62,157 nucleotides of DNA, filler included, from 11 parts of 11 records of this genome joined end to end with filler, not necessarily neighbours in it; one strand, 5' to 3'. Positions 11,358 through 22,041 are shown, counted from the whole stretch's first letter. Notes: generated by a model from the letters alone, not told the origin. Program-made: numbers and translations.

Positions 11358-11495
11358 CTACATGATTGTACAATCATGTACGTAATCGGATTGTGTACAA
11401 TTGTAATCATTAATTAAACCTTATGTAATCCTTATGCATGTAATCCTGTAAGGTATAGGCCTGATGTAATTGCCTGCTCTCACATACATTAGCTC

Positions 11496-13187
11496 TCACA
11501 ACCGGGACTGCGGCTTGCCGGCCTTTTGCTTCTCGAGAGTCTGATGTTGGGCCTTGCACCAGGCCAGGTAGGCGCCTTTGTCGTCGGTAAACATCTTAAC
11601 CCACGGCACCCCAAACGTCAAGCTCGCCTGCCCCGAGACCGGCGAGACGGCGGTCTGGTCCCTATAGGTGAGAATGTCGCGGTGTCGGTCATCATTCCAC
11701 TGGTCGAACAGCGCCGAGTCGTCGCGCAAATGCCCGCCGGCCAGCTGGGCGGCCTCCTCGGTATGCGCGTACTGCAGCCGGTGATGCATCTTGTGATCTT
11801 CGCCCAGCTCGTCTTCTTTCTTCTGCCAGGCGGCCGTATCAGCGATCATTGCTTGCTTTGTCGGGATTGCAACTCTGCCAGAGATCACGCCGATCGTAAA
11901 TCTAGACTGGGCGTGGAAAGCAGAGAACGTGTAGTACCTGTCCGAGGTAAGCTGGGCCGTGGGCTAGCGGGGCACTGATCGGGCATGCCGAGGAACATGA
12001 GTTTTGGATTCTCAGGGTGCAGGATTCCCTTCCAGAGCGTGTCTGGCACCAGCCGGTTCGGGGTGCTGAATTGGAGTGGTGGCGCAAGGAACGGGAAGCT
12101 GTGCTTGTACCCAGTGCACCAAATCATCTGCCCCCGGCTCAGCCGACAGCACTCCAACGCGAGCCGATCCCGTCACAAGAGGTTAGGGTTAGGGTTTGGG
12201 AGCTGACCCCATCGTAAGAGCCACGGCTGCCATCAAGGAACACAAACTGCTTAGCGGCTGGATCGTAGTGCGTAGGCAGCGGCTTCTCGATGATCGGCCA
12301 GTCCTTGAAGTCGTGTCCCATCGGCTCGAATTGGTAGCAGACTGTGCAGCTGGCCGCGCCAAACTTGCAGCACTGCATCGCGATATCCTCGCCTGAGTAC
12401 CCGTTTCCAATGACCAGGATCTGCTGCCCAGCATGGTCGAGTGCGTCCCGGAAGTTGTGCGAGTGGATCTTGAAACCGTCAAAATGCTCCATCCCGGGGT
12501 ACGCAGGGATGTAGTTGGGAAGTGAGAAGTGCCCTGTTGCCACCACCACCTCACACCCCAGGCTCAATCCGGCCCGGGCCCGGGTGCAGCACCCAATCGA
12601 AATAGTCCCAGTGTCGGGAGGCGCTCCGGCTGTCCTCCGACACCACCGTGAACTTGCCGGTGGCTTGGTCGTACGTTGTCATGTTTACGCGCCTGCTGCC
12701 AGATGAGCCCCGGCCCCCGGGCGGCCGTCGAGCCTGTTTAGCGTCACATTTATGTTCCATTTGGCGGCCCAGCCTTGCAGGTAGTCGAGCATCACCGCCC
12801 GGGGCGGGTACGAAGTGATTCGGTGCCCGAAATGCTCCACAAAGCTATAGTCCGGCAGCTCGAGCATTTCGTTCAGGCCGTTGGTCTGGTGGTACCTGCT
12901 CGTCGCTCTACCCGGCCCAGCGGCTCGGCCAGGACCGGTACATGGACTGGTGCACGTCGTCGCCCACCTGGCGCGAGTAGGTCCACAGCCCCCCGATCTC
13001 CGAGCCCTGCCCCTGATCGCCCGCGCCTCGCCGGCCCCGATCGCCTTCTCGAAGCACGTGACGTCGAGCTCCGGGGCATCCTGGGCGAACCGTACCTGCC
13101 CGGCCCCGTCGGCGCGCCCCTGGCTCCGCTAACCATCTGAGCGATCCCGGCCGGGCCGCAGCCGATCACCAACACTCGCGGTGCCAT
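11496..13187 (-). CDS. Flavin-containing monooxygenase, bacterial trimethylamine monooxygenase (Tmm/mFMO)-type; 7 introns
   Basis: VIGCGPAG; CFEKGSEIGGLWTY; VHQSMYRY; DYSFVEHFG; SYPPRAV; VVVATGHFS; FDGFKIHSHNFR (FMO fingerprint); GNGYSGED; WCTGY; GMPDQYYTF; ILTYRDQ. Confidence 0.92.
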
Positions 13188-13217
13188 TTCGTCGGACGAT
13201 GAGTTGCTTCCCGAAGG

Positions 13218-13317
13218 NNNNNNNNNNNNNNNNNNNNNNNNNNNNNNNNNNNNNNNNNNNNTTAATTAATTAANNNNNNNNNNNNNNNNNNNNNNNNNNN
13301 NNNNNNNNNNNNNNNNN
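13218..13317. other. Artificial contig-joining spacer (first of ten)
   Basis: N44-TTAATTAATTAA-N44 (stops in six frames). Identical spacers start at 16928, 20809, 26167, 33780, 38342, 42716, 46309, 54734 and 58838. Confidence 0.99.
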
Positions 13318-14148
13318 GCCCCAGTGGAGAAAGCCACCGAGCTCGAGAGCGCGCTGAGGGAGCAGCAGGCGATGGCGGCCGAAATGGAGGCAGAGCTGGC
13401 CAAGCAGAGGCAGCTGGCGGAGAAGGCTCGGGAGATGGAGGCTCAACTGGCAGCCGCTCAGAAGAACGCTGCCGAGCTGCAGCAGGGGCTGGCTAAGCAG
13501 AACAAGCACGTGGTCGAGTTGGAAGCAGAGCTGACCAAGCAGATGCGGCTGTCTGGCCGGACAGCCGGGCTGGAGGCGGGCATGCGCGAGTATCGGGTGC
13601 TGGTTTCCGAACTGGAGATGGAACTGCGCAAGCAGAATCAGCTAGCAAAGCAGGCTGCTAAGATGGGCAGTGGACTTACAAAGCAGCGGCTCAGGGTGTG
13701 CGAGCTGATGGGAAATGGCTTGTTTGGGGAGACTGCCAGCGGTGGGCTCTGCCAGGGGCTGGACAAGCTGCAGCAGCAGGCAGTGCAGCTCGAACAAGCG
13801 CTCACCAGGCAGCACTTGCTAGTAGGCAAGGCGGCTGAGCTGGGACACTTGCTGGGCAAGCAGGAGAAGTCGTTGCAGAAGCAGAAGGCCGGCTGGGAGA
13901 AGATGGGGCAGATGGCTGAGCAGGCCTCCCAGATCGGGTCGGCTATCTCAAAGCATAAGCAGACCTCGTCGGAGATGGCTGTCGAGCTTAGCAAGCAGAA
14001 GCAGGCGGCCTCGGTGATGGAGATGGAGCTGACTGAGCAACGGCAGCGGGCCCAGCGCAAGTCGCTCCCGTCGGTGATGAGCGCGGTGGCAAAGATGGCG
14101 ATGCTCCACGCACACCACCGTGGGGCCGATCACCGCGATCTCGACTGA
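13318..14148 (+). CDS. Coiled-coil protein, 5'-truncated
   Basis: Repeating EMEAELAKQ/ELEAELTKQ heptad-like units; frame open from the contig edge. Confidence 0.7.
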   Translation, partial: APVEKATELESALREQQAMAAEMEAELAKQRQLAEKAREMEAQLAAAQKNAAELQQGLAKQNKHVVELEAELTKQMRLSGRTAGLEAGMREYRVLVSELEMELRKQNQLAKQAAKMGSGLTKQRLRVCELMGNGLFGETASGGLCQGLDKLQQQAVQLEQALTRQHLLVGKAAELGHLLGKQEKSLQKQKAGWEKMGQMAEQASQIGSAISKHKQTSSEMAVELSKQKQAASVMEMELTEQRQRAQRKSLPSVMSAVAKMAMLHAHHRGADHRDLD

Positions 14149-14381
14149 TAATATTTGTCGTCGGATCTCCGGTTCTCTAGTTGATCTTTCTTAGAACTAG
14201 CTAGTAAGATAGTACAATGAATTAAAGGTATATAGTGATTTTTCGAGCCACGATGGCTTCTACTATAATGTTAGTATTGTAATAAGCTTGATCTACAGCC
14301 GTACATGTACACGTATAGGCCCACCGACTGGGCCCACGAAAATCTTCCTCGAAAATCTTCCTTGAAACGAATCTGGGCTAC

Positions 14382-16432
14382 ATGGGCGTGCCCAAGCTTT
14401 TTGAGACGGTCGGGCCACCCAGCCGGCTCTCGCTCCGGGAGCGGTTCGTCCGTCAGCAGTCGGACGGTCTGCGGCCGCTGGTGGTGGCCGTTGACATGTC
14501 CAGCTGGCTGGTGGCCGCGGAGTCAGTCCCGCACAAAGAGCAGCACCCTTCGGGCCCAGTGGCCACCACAGTGTTTGGCCGTCTCCGGCTGATGCTAGAG
14601 AACGGCGCCTGGCCGATCTGCGTGTTTGACGGGCACACCGCCCCGCTCAAGTCACCGCATGACCGGCGGGGCAACCCTCAGTTTAATTTCAGTTGTGCGG
14701 TGGCCCGGGAGGTTGCCACACAGTGGGGCGTGCCGGTGGTCGAGGCCCAGGGGGAAGCCGAGGCCAGCTGCGCGGCGCTGGTCAGAACGGGCCGGGCGGA
14801 CGCTGTCCTCTCATCGGACAGTGACGCGCTGGCCTACGGGGCAGGCCTGGTCCTCCGGTTTGTGCCTGGCTGCTGCACTGAAACTGATATGAGTCTGGAT
14901 CAGTACGCAGTGCCCTCGGGTGAGCAGCAGGCGGCCCACAAGCGGTTTGTTCTGCTCGCGGTGATCATCGGGTGCGATTTCTACAAGGGCGGGGTGGACG
15001 GAATAGGGGACCGGAAGGCAGTTGATTTCGTGAACAGCCTCGCCGAATGGGGCAGCTCGGTCGAGGCTGTGGTCGCGCAGCTTCGGGCCGGGCATGGCGC
15101 ACAAGCGCTGCTGGACCAGCTGGCCGGTCTGGTGGAGCTCAAACAGGCGGCTGCTAAGACCGGCCCTGCCGAGGCCAAGCGGGCTGCGAGTAGACAGTTG
15201 ACTAAGCTGAAAGATGCCGTCAAGATTGGGAGTCAGCTGACTGCGGACAGGCTGGCGGTGCAGGAGGTAGCCTTGGAGTTCCTAAAACTCGCGCACGTGG
15301 CCGACCTGCCGGCCCGGCGGGGGCCAGACCTCGCGGGGCTCGTGGGCCAGATGCGGAGATATGGGTGCAAGGTGGATGCCTCATGCAGGGCGGGCAAGGC
15401 TGTTGTCGTACAAGAGGCGATGCTAAAGCTGGCTCAGCCGACGCTGCTCCCTGTGCGGATCCAGAAGTTCTGCCGCCAGCGCAAGTACTACGAGGTGCAC
15501 CAGGTGCTGTATCGGGATACGTCGGGTACCAAGACTGTAGAGGTGGACCTTGAGGTTCAATGGTGCAATGCTCACCTATCGCAGCTGGTGAGCCAGCACA
15601 GCGCAAAACTGCTGGCCGGGCAGGCGGACAAGGAGCTGATCAAGCTACGCGGCAAGCTGGCCAAGCAAGACGAAAAGTGCAGGGCCAAGCAGCTCACTCT
15701 AGACAAACTCGTGCTCAAACAGCACACAAAGCAGTACACGAATGCGGCTGCAGCGCTGCACAAGGCCCAGAGCTGCAGACAGGAGCTCCGGCAGCAGATC
15801 GCTCGCCTGCAGTCGAGCAGTACGGACAGCTCAGTCGCATCAAGTGCGAACTCGGATCCGCCTGAGCCTGCCAGGCAGCCAGAGGGCAGCTTGGATGAGC
15901 CTTCTAAATGCTCCGCCAACTCGCCTCCCTCGCTACTTCAGCGTCTAGAGGCACGCGTCGTCTCCGATGAGCACAACTCCTCTCCATCGGCTGCCTGCCC
16001 TCACAATGAGCCAGTCGAGTTTAAATTTAGCCCCACATTGGGCTGCGGCTCGTGGCCGTCGCCCCTGCTGCAGAAAGTCGCTGAGAGACTCGGATTCAGG
16101 CCCACTAGGCCGTGCGCTCGCACGGTGCTGCGAAAGCTGAATCAGAATAAGCAACGTGACAAAATGTATCAAACGGTGATTGATGATGTCAAAGGTGGGC
16201 AGCGACTTACCTAGGCCGATCCTCTGACTCGATGTGTGCAGCCATAGCCGAGAGGATGAGGCTCGAGCCTAAAAGCGCCACCTGCACCCCGGCCCGGCCC
16301 GCGTCTCAATCAAAGGCCAAACCGGCCATGTGTGCTCCTGCAGGTCGGCAAGCTACTATAAATCAATACTTTCGAGACCAAAAGCCACTACCTGTAGTTG
16401 CGAGTCCAGAATCGGACTGCTCTGACTTTTAA
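14382..16432 (+). CDS. GEN1: XPG/Rad2-family structure-specific nuclease, GEN1-like, with C-terminal PIP box; 1 intron (16195-16241)
   Basis: MGVPKLF; VAVDMSSWL; CVFDG; EAQGEAEASCAAL; SSDSDALAYGA; GCDFYKGGVDGIG (H3TH); PVRIQK..R chromodomain-like segment; the spliced last exon carries QATINQYF. Confidence 0.75.
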
Positions 16433-16796
16433 TTAATGCTTACTTGGTTACGGTACCCGCCGGATGAACCGCACGAATATGTACAATGTCAATATGTACA
16501 TACAATGTCAAGTAGCTATACGAAAAGAATTCTTGGAGAACTTTTATTTACCGAAGAGTGGCATGGCCTCTCTCTTAGCTTGTCGTATCTTGTAGTTCCC
16601 CACTGGTACCCCTACCATCGCTTGCTCCTCCCGATTCTTCTGTCTAGTCCGCTGATACTTTTGATCAGGCACCCACAACACCGCTGAGCTTCCACTTGGT
16701 GTGTTGTACGCCGAGTGCTTGAGCGTCATCGGGGCGATCTTAGGTCGCCTCGGCAGTCGTCTGGCTACAGCCATCGGCTGTTTTTTTACCGTAAGC

Positions 16797-16860
16797 AGTT
16801 CTAGGCATTTTCTAGGCAGTTCTAAGCGTTTCTAGGCACTTCTACTAGAAGGTGTTAGAA
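16797..16860. repeat. Degenerate 10-11-nt tandem repeat (TTCTAGGCA-like) in AT-rich contig end
   Basis: gttctaggcattttctaggcagttctaagcgtttctaggcacttcta followed by inverted ctagaa/ttagaa. Confidence 0.7.
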
Positions 16861-17027
16861 AAAACGCCTTTTCTAACTTTTAACTTCTATGCCATACCAA
16901 AGAATGATAGAAATATAGAAAGCAGAANNNNNNNNNNNNNNNNNNNNNNNNNNNNNNNNNNNNNNNNNNNNTTAATTAATTAANNNNNNNNNNNNNNNNN
17001 NNNNNNNNNNNNNNNNNNNNNNNNNNN

Positions 17028-17373
17028 TGTTGACGTGCTACGTGGCTGTGGCCAAAATGAGAGCAGCGATCCTCTGCTGGCCCAAGGCGTGCTTTACCTA
17101 CTACGTGTCCAGAAGAGCAATGGCTCGTGGCCTGTGGAATTCATGAATGACCCTGAGTGCAAGACCTTGAGGAAGAAGGACTTTTATGACAAAATTCATC
17201 CAACCTGGGTCGCCACGCAAGCTTTACGAGACAGGGATTACAAGATCGAAAGGAAGGGCAACGTTGCATGGAAGCAGCGCATTGACAAGTTAGTCAAGCT
17301 CACGAACTTTGGCACCCTGGGCTATAAGCCAACTTGGAAAGTTCGCAAGGTTAAGTCCAAGCTACAATCGTGA
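17028..17373 (+). CDS. 3' fragment of a protein with a prenyltransferase/terpene-cyclase QW-type repeat
   Basis: AQGVLYLLRVQKSNGSWP. Confidence 0.55.
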
Positions 17374-17752
17374 ACATTGACGTCAAACACAAAGTTCCAT
17401 GGACTACACAATAGGTTGGCAAGGATAATGCGATGGGAAGTTCAAAATCTACATAAGTTTAATTAACGAATTTCAAATTGCCCTTTCCAATTTTGTTTTG
17501 TTGACACCCAAGCCTACGGCGGTAGTGGCCTATACGCACGCGCTGCACGCATCATGTACATGCACCGCGCTAGTGCCCAAAGGCTCAAGACCAGCTGAGC
17601 TCCAGTGATAATTAACATTAAGCTTGATTACAGTTGCGGGCAAAAGGCATGCTCTTTGTGCTTGCCCAGCATAGCCCAGCACTCCCCTTGACTGTAAACA
17701 TCGGGCGCTCATCTGGACAGCACAAGTCAACCCCAGCGCCGCAGTGGCCAAC

Positions 17753-20530
17753 TCACGATGCCGCATTGTTGAGCGCCTCGCAGAATCGATGCACGTCGTC
17801 GTCCGCCTCGGCGAGCACTGTGTCCAGCAGCTCGTCTCCTGTGTCCAGCAATTCACCACACTCGCCCGCCGCCTCCTCCTCCGCGCCCTGAGGATTTTTC
17901 TTAGCCTTCCGGATCGGCGGGAGCACGCTGATTGCACCCTTGAGTTCTGTGATCTGCTCCTCCAGGTGGTGGCTCTGCTCAAAGTAGTGCGACTGGATCT
18001 CCACATACACAATTGCCTTTTGGACAGCCTCCTGCGTCCCCTCTAGCAGCACACAGGTGTCGTCTTCGATATCGACGCTGTCGACCCCGGTCGCTTTCAT
18101 TATCTCCTTGATGTTTGCGCCTTTCTTCCCAATAATGTACCCGGCCCGTGAGGCCAGTATCGGGAGCGACTCGATCGTGAAATGCGAGCGGGCTGCAAGC
18201 CAGGCCTTGACGTTATCTATTGCAGGCTGGCTGCCGGTGATCTCGAGAGCGCTTAGCTCCTGCTCGAGCTCGATCGACACCAGACTGCCGGCGGCCTTCT
18301 CAATCGCCTGCATGTGGCTCCGCAACTTGGATCCGCGCCGCCCGACCACCCAGCGGATCAGCCCAGTCCGAAGCTCGAGCCGCTCGACCTTGGTTTGCTC
18401 GTGCAGCCACTCACGCGCCTTCTCCAGACTCGCCGGTTCGCCGAGCAGAAGCAACTCACTCTGCTCCTTGCTCAGCACCACCTTGTTCAATTTAGCCGCG
18501 CTCTTGAGCAGCTTGAGCGGTTCAGCTCTGTTCTTGAGTAAAAGAGTGAGCGCGCCTGGCTCATCGACGTGCAGCCGCAGCTCGTGGCTCCGTGCAGCGA
18601 GCCACTCGAGGCCAGCCGCCCGCCCTTCGTCGGTCCCAAGCACACTCAGGGTGAGCTTGTCACCGTCGACCAGCACCGAGCCCCCGCTGACCGACTCCAT
18701 CTCCTGCACAGCAGCCGCCTTCTGCTCGAGCAGCCAACCGACGCACAGGTCGGTGATTGGCACCGTCTCCTCAGGGCAGTGCGCCTCCATCCAAACCTTA
18801 GCCCGAATCACAGACTCGGCGCTCCCGACAAGCTCGATCGTGCCGCCCCCGTTCTCGTGCCGTTCAATGTTTGACCTGTGCAAACTGGCTGCCTCCTCCA
18901 TGCGCTTGAGTGCGCTGCCTTTTTCGAGCAACAACCACCGGAGCTGCAGCCTGGATGCCTCAATCTTGTCTGAAAAGAGCTCGAGCGCCCGCTTGGCCTG
19001 GCTGACCGACTCGGGGGTGGGGCCGAGCACGTTCACTTGCCCGGAGTCTTCCACATCAATCGACCAAACCTGGGTGTCGGCTTCTACTTGCCTCAGCCTT
19101 GTGCCCTTCTTCCCTAACATCAGCCCAAGCAGCTCCGGGTCCACGCTGAAGCTGGCCGAGCTGCACTGGTGCGGCTTGGGCACATTCGCCGAAAGCCACT
19201 GATCGGCTGTCCAGACAGCTTGTTGCTGACCCACGAGAAGCACGGCGCTCTCTTCGGTGAGCAGAGTTGCCCTGTTCAGCCCAGGTATCTCGAGCAGTTG
19301 GTTGATTCTCTGGCCGCCCCGGAGCCAGAGCAGCTGCATTGGGGCCGCGAGGGAATGGTACGCGTGAAAGCTGTTGGAAATCATCCATTCCCACGCTGAG
19401 GTGGTAGCCTGGCGCGGCCCGTACAGTACAGCCTTCATACCCGCCTTGTCTACGTCAATCCGCACCACCCCAAACATCTTCTCCAGGTCGCGGATGTTGG
19501 CCGCCTTGTTGCTCAGAAGCCACTGCAGCTGGAGCTCGCCAAGGTCTCGAGCGACTGCCTCGAGCTGAGCCTGGAGCCACCGGCTTCCATCTTCAATACT
19601 CCCCGGCCTGCCAACCAGCGCGAGCTGTTTCTCGCCGGATGGCTGCTCAGGGTCCTTTGGGAGCACTTTGGCCCGGACCGCGGCCACTTGCTCGAGCTGC
19701 TTGATTTGCTCTCCTTTATCGCCCAGAAGCCAGCTGTACATCCACTGCTGCTCGAGGTCCATCACGCTCCGCTGCATGTACAGCAGCTCGTACGCCCGGT
19801 CCAGCGCGTACTCCGAGGTGGCGATCACCTCGACCGTGGTCTTGTCCAGCTGGATGCTCAGCACTCCTGCCAGCTGTTGCGCCTGCCTGATGTTGGCTCC
19901 TTTGGGTCCGACCACCGCGGCCGCCGCCTCTGGCTCGACCTCAAAGCTTCGCCGGAATTCCGGAATCGGCTCGTTCTGGTCGCTGGGGGCGTGCTGCTTG
20001 CTCGGCTGAGCGGTCAGGTGAGTCATCCATGGTCCGTCAAGCGCCTTGCCATACTCGTCGTACAGCCCCTTTTCCCACTGCTTTGGCTGGGCCGCCGCCT
20101 CGGGCTGCGGCTCCGCCGGCGTCTCGAGCTCTTCATCCTCCGCCTCGTCCTCTTCCTCCGGCACCGGCTCGTCCGTCGGCCCCTCCTCACGCTTGGCCGA
20201 ATTGCGCCGGCTATTTTCGCGCCGACGGGCCCGCGCCTTGGACCGGCGGGCCGCGTCCTTGAGCGGGTCGCGGGGCTCGGCCGCGGGGAGATCCGGGATG
20301 AATCTCCGGGCGGCCGGGGCTTGCGGTGCTTTGGGGGACTCTGGGAAGCCCGGTGGCCGGCGGAGGTAGGCGGAGGTCACGAGGGCCCCGACGATCACGG
20401 TGACGACGGCGAGCGCGAGTGAAGGATGGGCGAAGGAAGGGACGAACTCGGGGTCCAGGTTGAAGCTGAGCCCGACCGCCAGGTACCCGAGCAGCAGAAC
20501 CGCCGCTATCCCGGCCTGTAGCCACTCCAT
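17753..20530 (-). CDS. Multi-KH (about 10 KH-like units) RNA-binding protein with two N-terminal hydrophobic helices
   Basis: Intronless ORF; GxxG loops GPKG, GDKG, GKKG, GRRG and GKKG plus five degenerate units; N-terminal hydrophobic segments followed by a basic stretch. Confidence 0.85.
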   Translation of the reverse strand: MEWLQAGIAAVLLLGYLAVGLSFNLDPEFVPSFAHPSLALAVVTVIVGALVTSAYLRRPPGFPESPKAPQAPAARRFIPDLPAAEPRDPLKDAARRSKARARRRENSRRNSAKREEGPTDEPVPEEEDEAEDEELETPAEPQPEAAAQPKQWEKGLYDEYGKALDGPWMTHLTAQPSKQHAPSDQNEPIPEFRRSFEVEPEAAAAVVGPKGANIRQAQQLAGVLSIQLDKTTVEVIATSEYALDRAYELLYMQRSVMDLEQQWMYSWLLGDKGEQIKQLEQVAAVRAKVLPKDPEQPSGEKQLALVGRPGSIEDGSRWLQAQLEAVARDLGELQLQWLLSNKAANIRDLEKMFGVVRIDVDKAGMKAVLYGPRQATTSAWEWMISNSFHAYHSLAAPMQLLWLRGGQRINQLLEIPGLNRATLLTEESAVLLVGQQQAVWTADQWLSANVPKPHQCSSASFSVDPELLGLMLGKKGTRLRQVEADTQVWSIDVEDSGQVNVLGPTPESVSQAKRALELFSDKIEASRLQLRWLLLEKGSALKRMEEAASLHRSNIERHENGGGTIELVGSAESVIRAKVWMEAHCPEETVPITDLCVGWLLEQKAAAVQEMESVSGGSVLVDGDKLTLSVLGTDEGRAAGLEWLAARSHELRLHVDEPGALTLLLKNRAEPLKLLKSAAKLNKVVLSKEQSELLLLGEPASLEKAREWLHEQTKVERLELRTGLIRWVVGRRGSKLRSHMQAIEKAAGSLVSIELEQELSALEITGSQPAIDNVKAWLAARSHFTIESLPILASRAGYIIGKKGANIKEIMKATGVDSVDIEDDTCVLLEGTQEAVQKAIVYVEIQSHYFEQSHHLEEQITELKGAISVLPPIRKAKKNPQGAEEEAAGECGELLDTGDELLDTVLAEADDDVHRFCEALNNAAS

Positions 20531-20911
20531 CGTCCCAAGTCTATCACACAATCGTCATCACTGGTGCGTCAACGGTAACGCCCAACGGCATCACTGCCAT
20601 GCCGAGACCGGCAAGCGGCTCCATCGGATAAACGAGGCGGCGCGGGAGGAGCTAGGCGAGCAGGTGTGCGAGGAGTAACGAGGAACAGGCTGGGGCTGAA
20701 GAGCGCGCAGGGGCCAGGGGGAGGCGGCGTAGAGGCGGCGGGGCTCGTGTCATTCAATGAATTCGATTCTATGCAATGGTTGATTGTTCGCTTGCCATGA
20801 TACTACGANNNNNNNNNNNNNNNNNNNNNNNNNNNNNNNNNNNNNNNNNNNNTTAATTAATTAANNNNNNNNNNNNNNNNNNNNNNNNNNNNNNNNNNNN
20901 NNNNNNNNCTC

Positions 20912-22041
20912 ATGTCGTATGTGGTGATCAATCCGCAAGGGGTGGCACTGCGCAACAGCCCCAGCTTCGAGGACCGGAACGCCTCGGTCGCCGGGCCGAG
21001 CGTGGGCGAAACGCTCCAAGGCCAGGTCGTCCCGGGCGCGGGCGGCCTGTACTTCCTCCAGACCTCGCGCGGTGCAGACCCACCTGCCGCCGGGCTGACC
21101 GGTGGGCAGGGTATGTACCGTTCTATAAGCTGGACGGCTCGGCCGTGCTTGCGCCCAAGGAGCAAGTCCAGGCCTATCGGGTGGTGTCGCCAGCCGGTGC
21201 GCGGGCAGTGCTGCGTGCAGGCCGGAGCGGTGGGTGTTAGGTGTGGGGCTGCGCGGATCAGCGTCGTACAATGACCGGAAGCAGGAGCGGGGGCCCAATC
21301 ACGGGGAGGTGATCATCGGGCTGCGGGTGACGGGCGGCGACGGGATGGAGTACTGCCACACCTCGCTGGGACACGTACCGGTCCGAAGCAACACGGGCGA
21401 ACAGTTCCTGCAGCCGATGCCTCCCGGCACCGTCCCCACGGCACAGCAGCCATACCAACAGCCCCCACCACAGCAGCAGTACCAGCAGTATCCACCGCAG
21501 CAGCAGTACCAGCAGCAGCCGCCACAGCAGCAGTATCAACAGCAGCTGCCGCAGCAGCAGTACCAGCAGCAGCCCACTCACAGCGCCCCCTCATACGGAG
21601 AGGCGCCGCCTCCATACAACCCAACCCTAGCGCCTAAGCCGGATGCGCACAGCGCGCCGTACGCTGCTGCGGCGCCAATGGGTGGACATAGCGCCCCGTA
21701 TGCTGCGGCAGCGCCAATGGGCGGATACGGTCTCGCCTTGCCCAGTGGCCGGCCGCTGAAAGACAAGCAGGTGGTTTGGCACCGCAGGCTGATAAGGCGA
21801 CGCAGGCACGGGAGGCGTTCATGTGAGTTGGGCGCCGGCCGGTTACTGAGGCGGCTTCAGGCGGTTTGACACGGACCGGTCGGGGACAATCGAGATCGGA
21901 GAGTTTGTGAATGCGATGGCTGTACTTGGGTGCCAGCTGAGCCCGATGGACGCCGAGGCTATATTCTGCGTGGTGGATGCGGACATGGACGGCAGGGTGA
22001 CGCTGCAAGAGTTTACCGAACACTGGATAATGAACCACTAG
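20912..22041 (+). CDS. Protein with two SH3-like repeats, a P/Q/Y-rich linker and an EF-hand pair; 4 introns
   Basis: Repeats YVVINPQGVALRNSPSFEDR and YRVVSPAGVGLRGSASYNDR; PQQQYQQ tract; FDTDRSGTIEIGEF and VDADMDGRVTLQEF. Confidence 0.75.

Noticed and set aside
16544-16774. 76-aa ORF near a contig end
   Set aside because: No motif or context to support a gene call.
18057-19202. Long antisense and alternate-frame ORFs (also 39053-40330, 55978-57084 and many others)
   Set aside because: Shadows of GC-rich coding sequence with no recognisable motifs.
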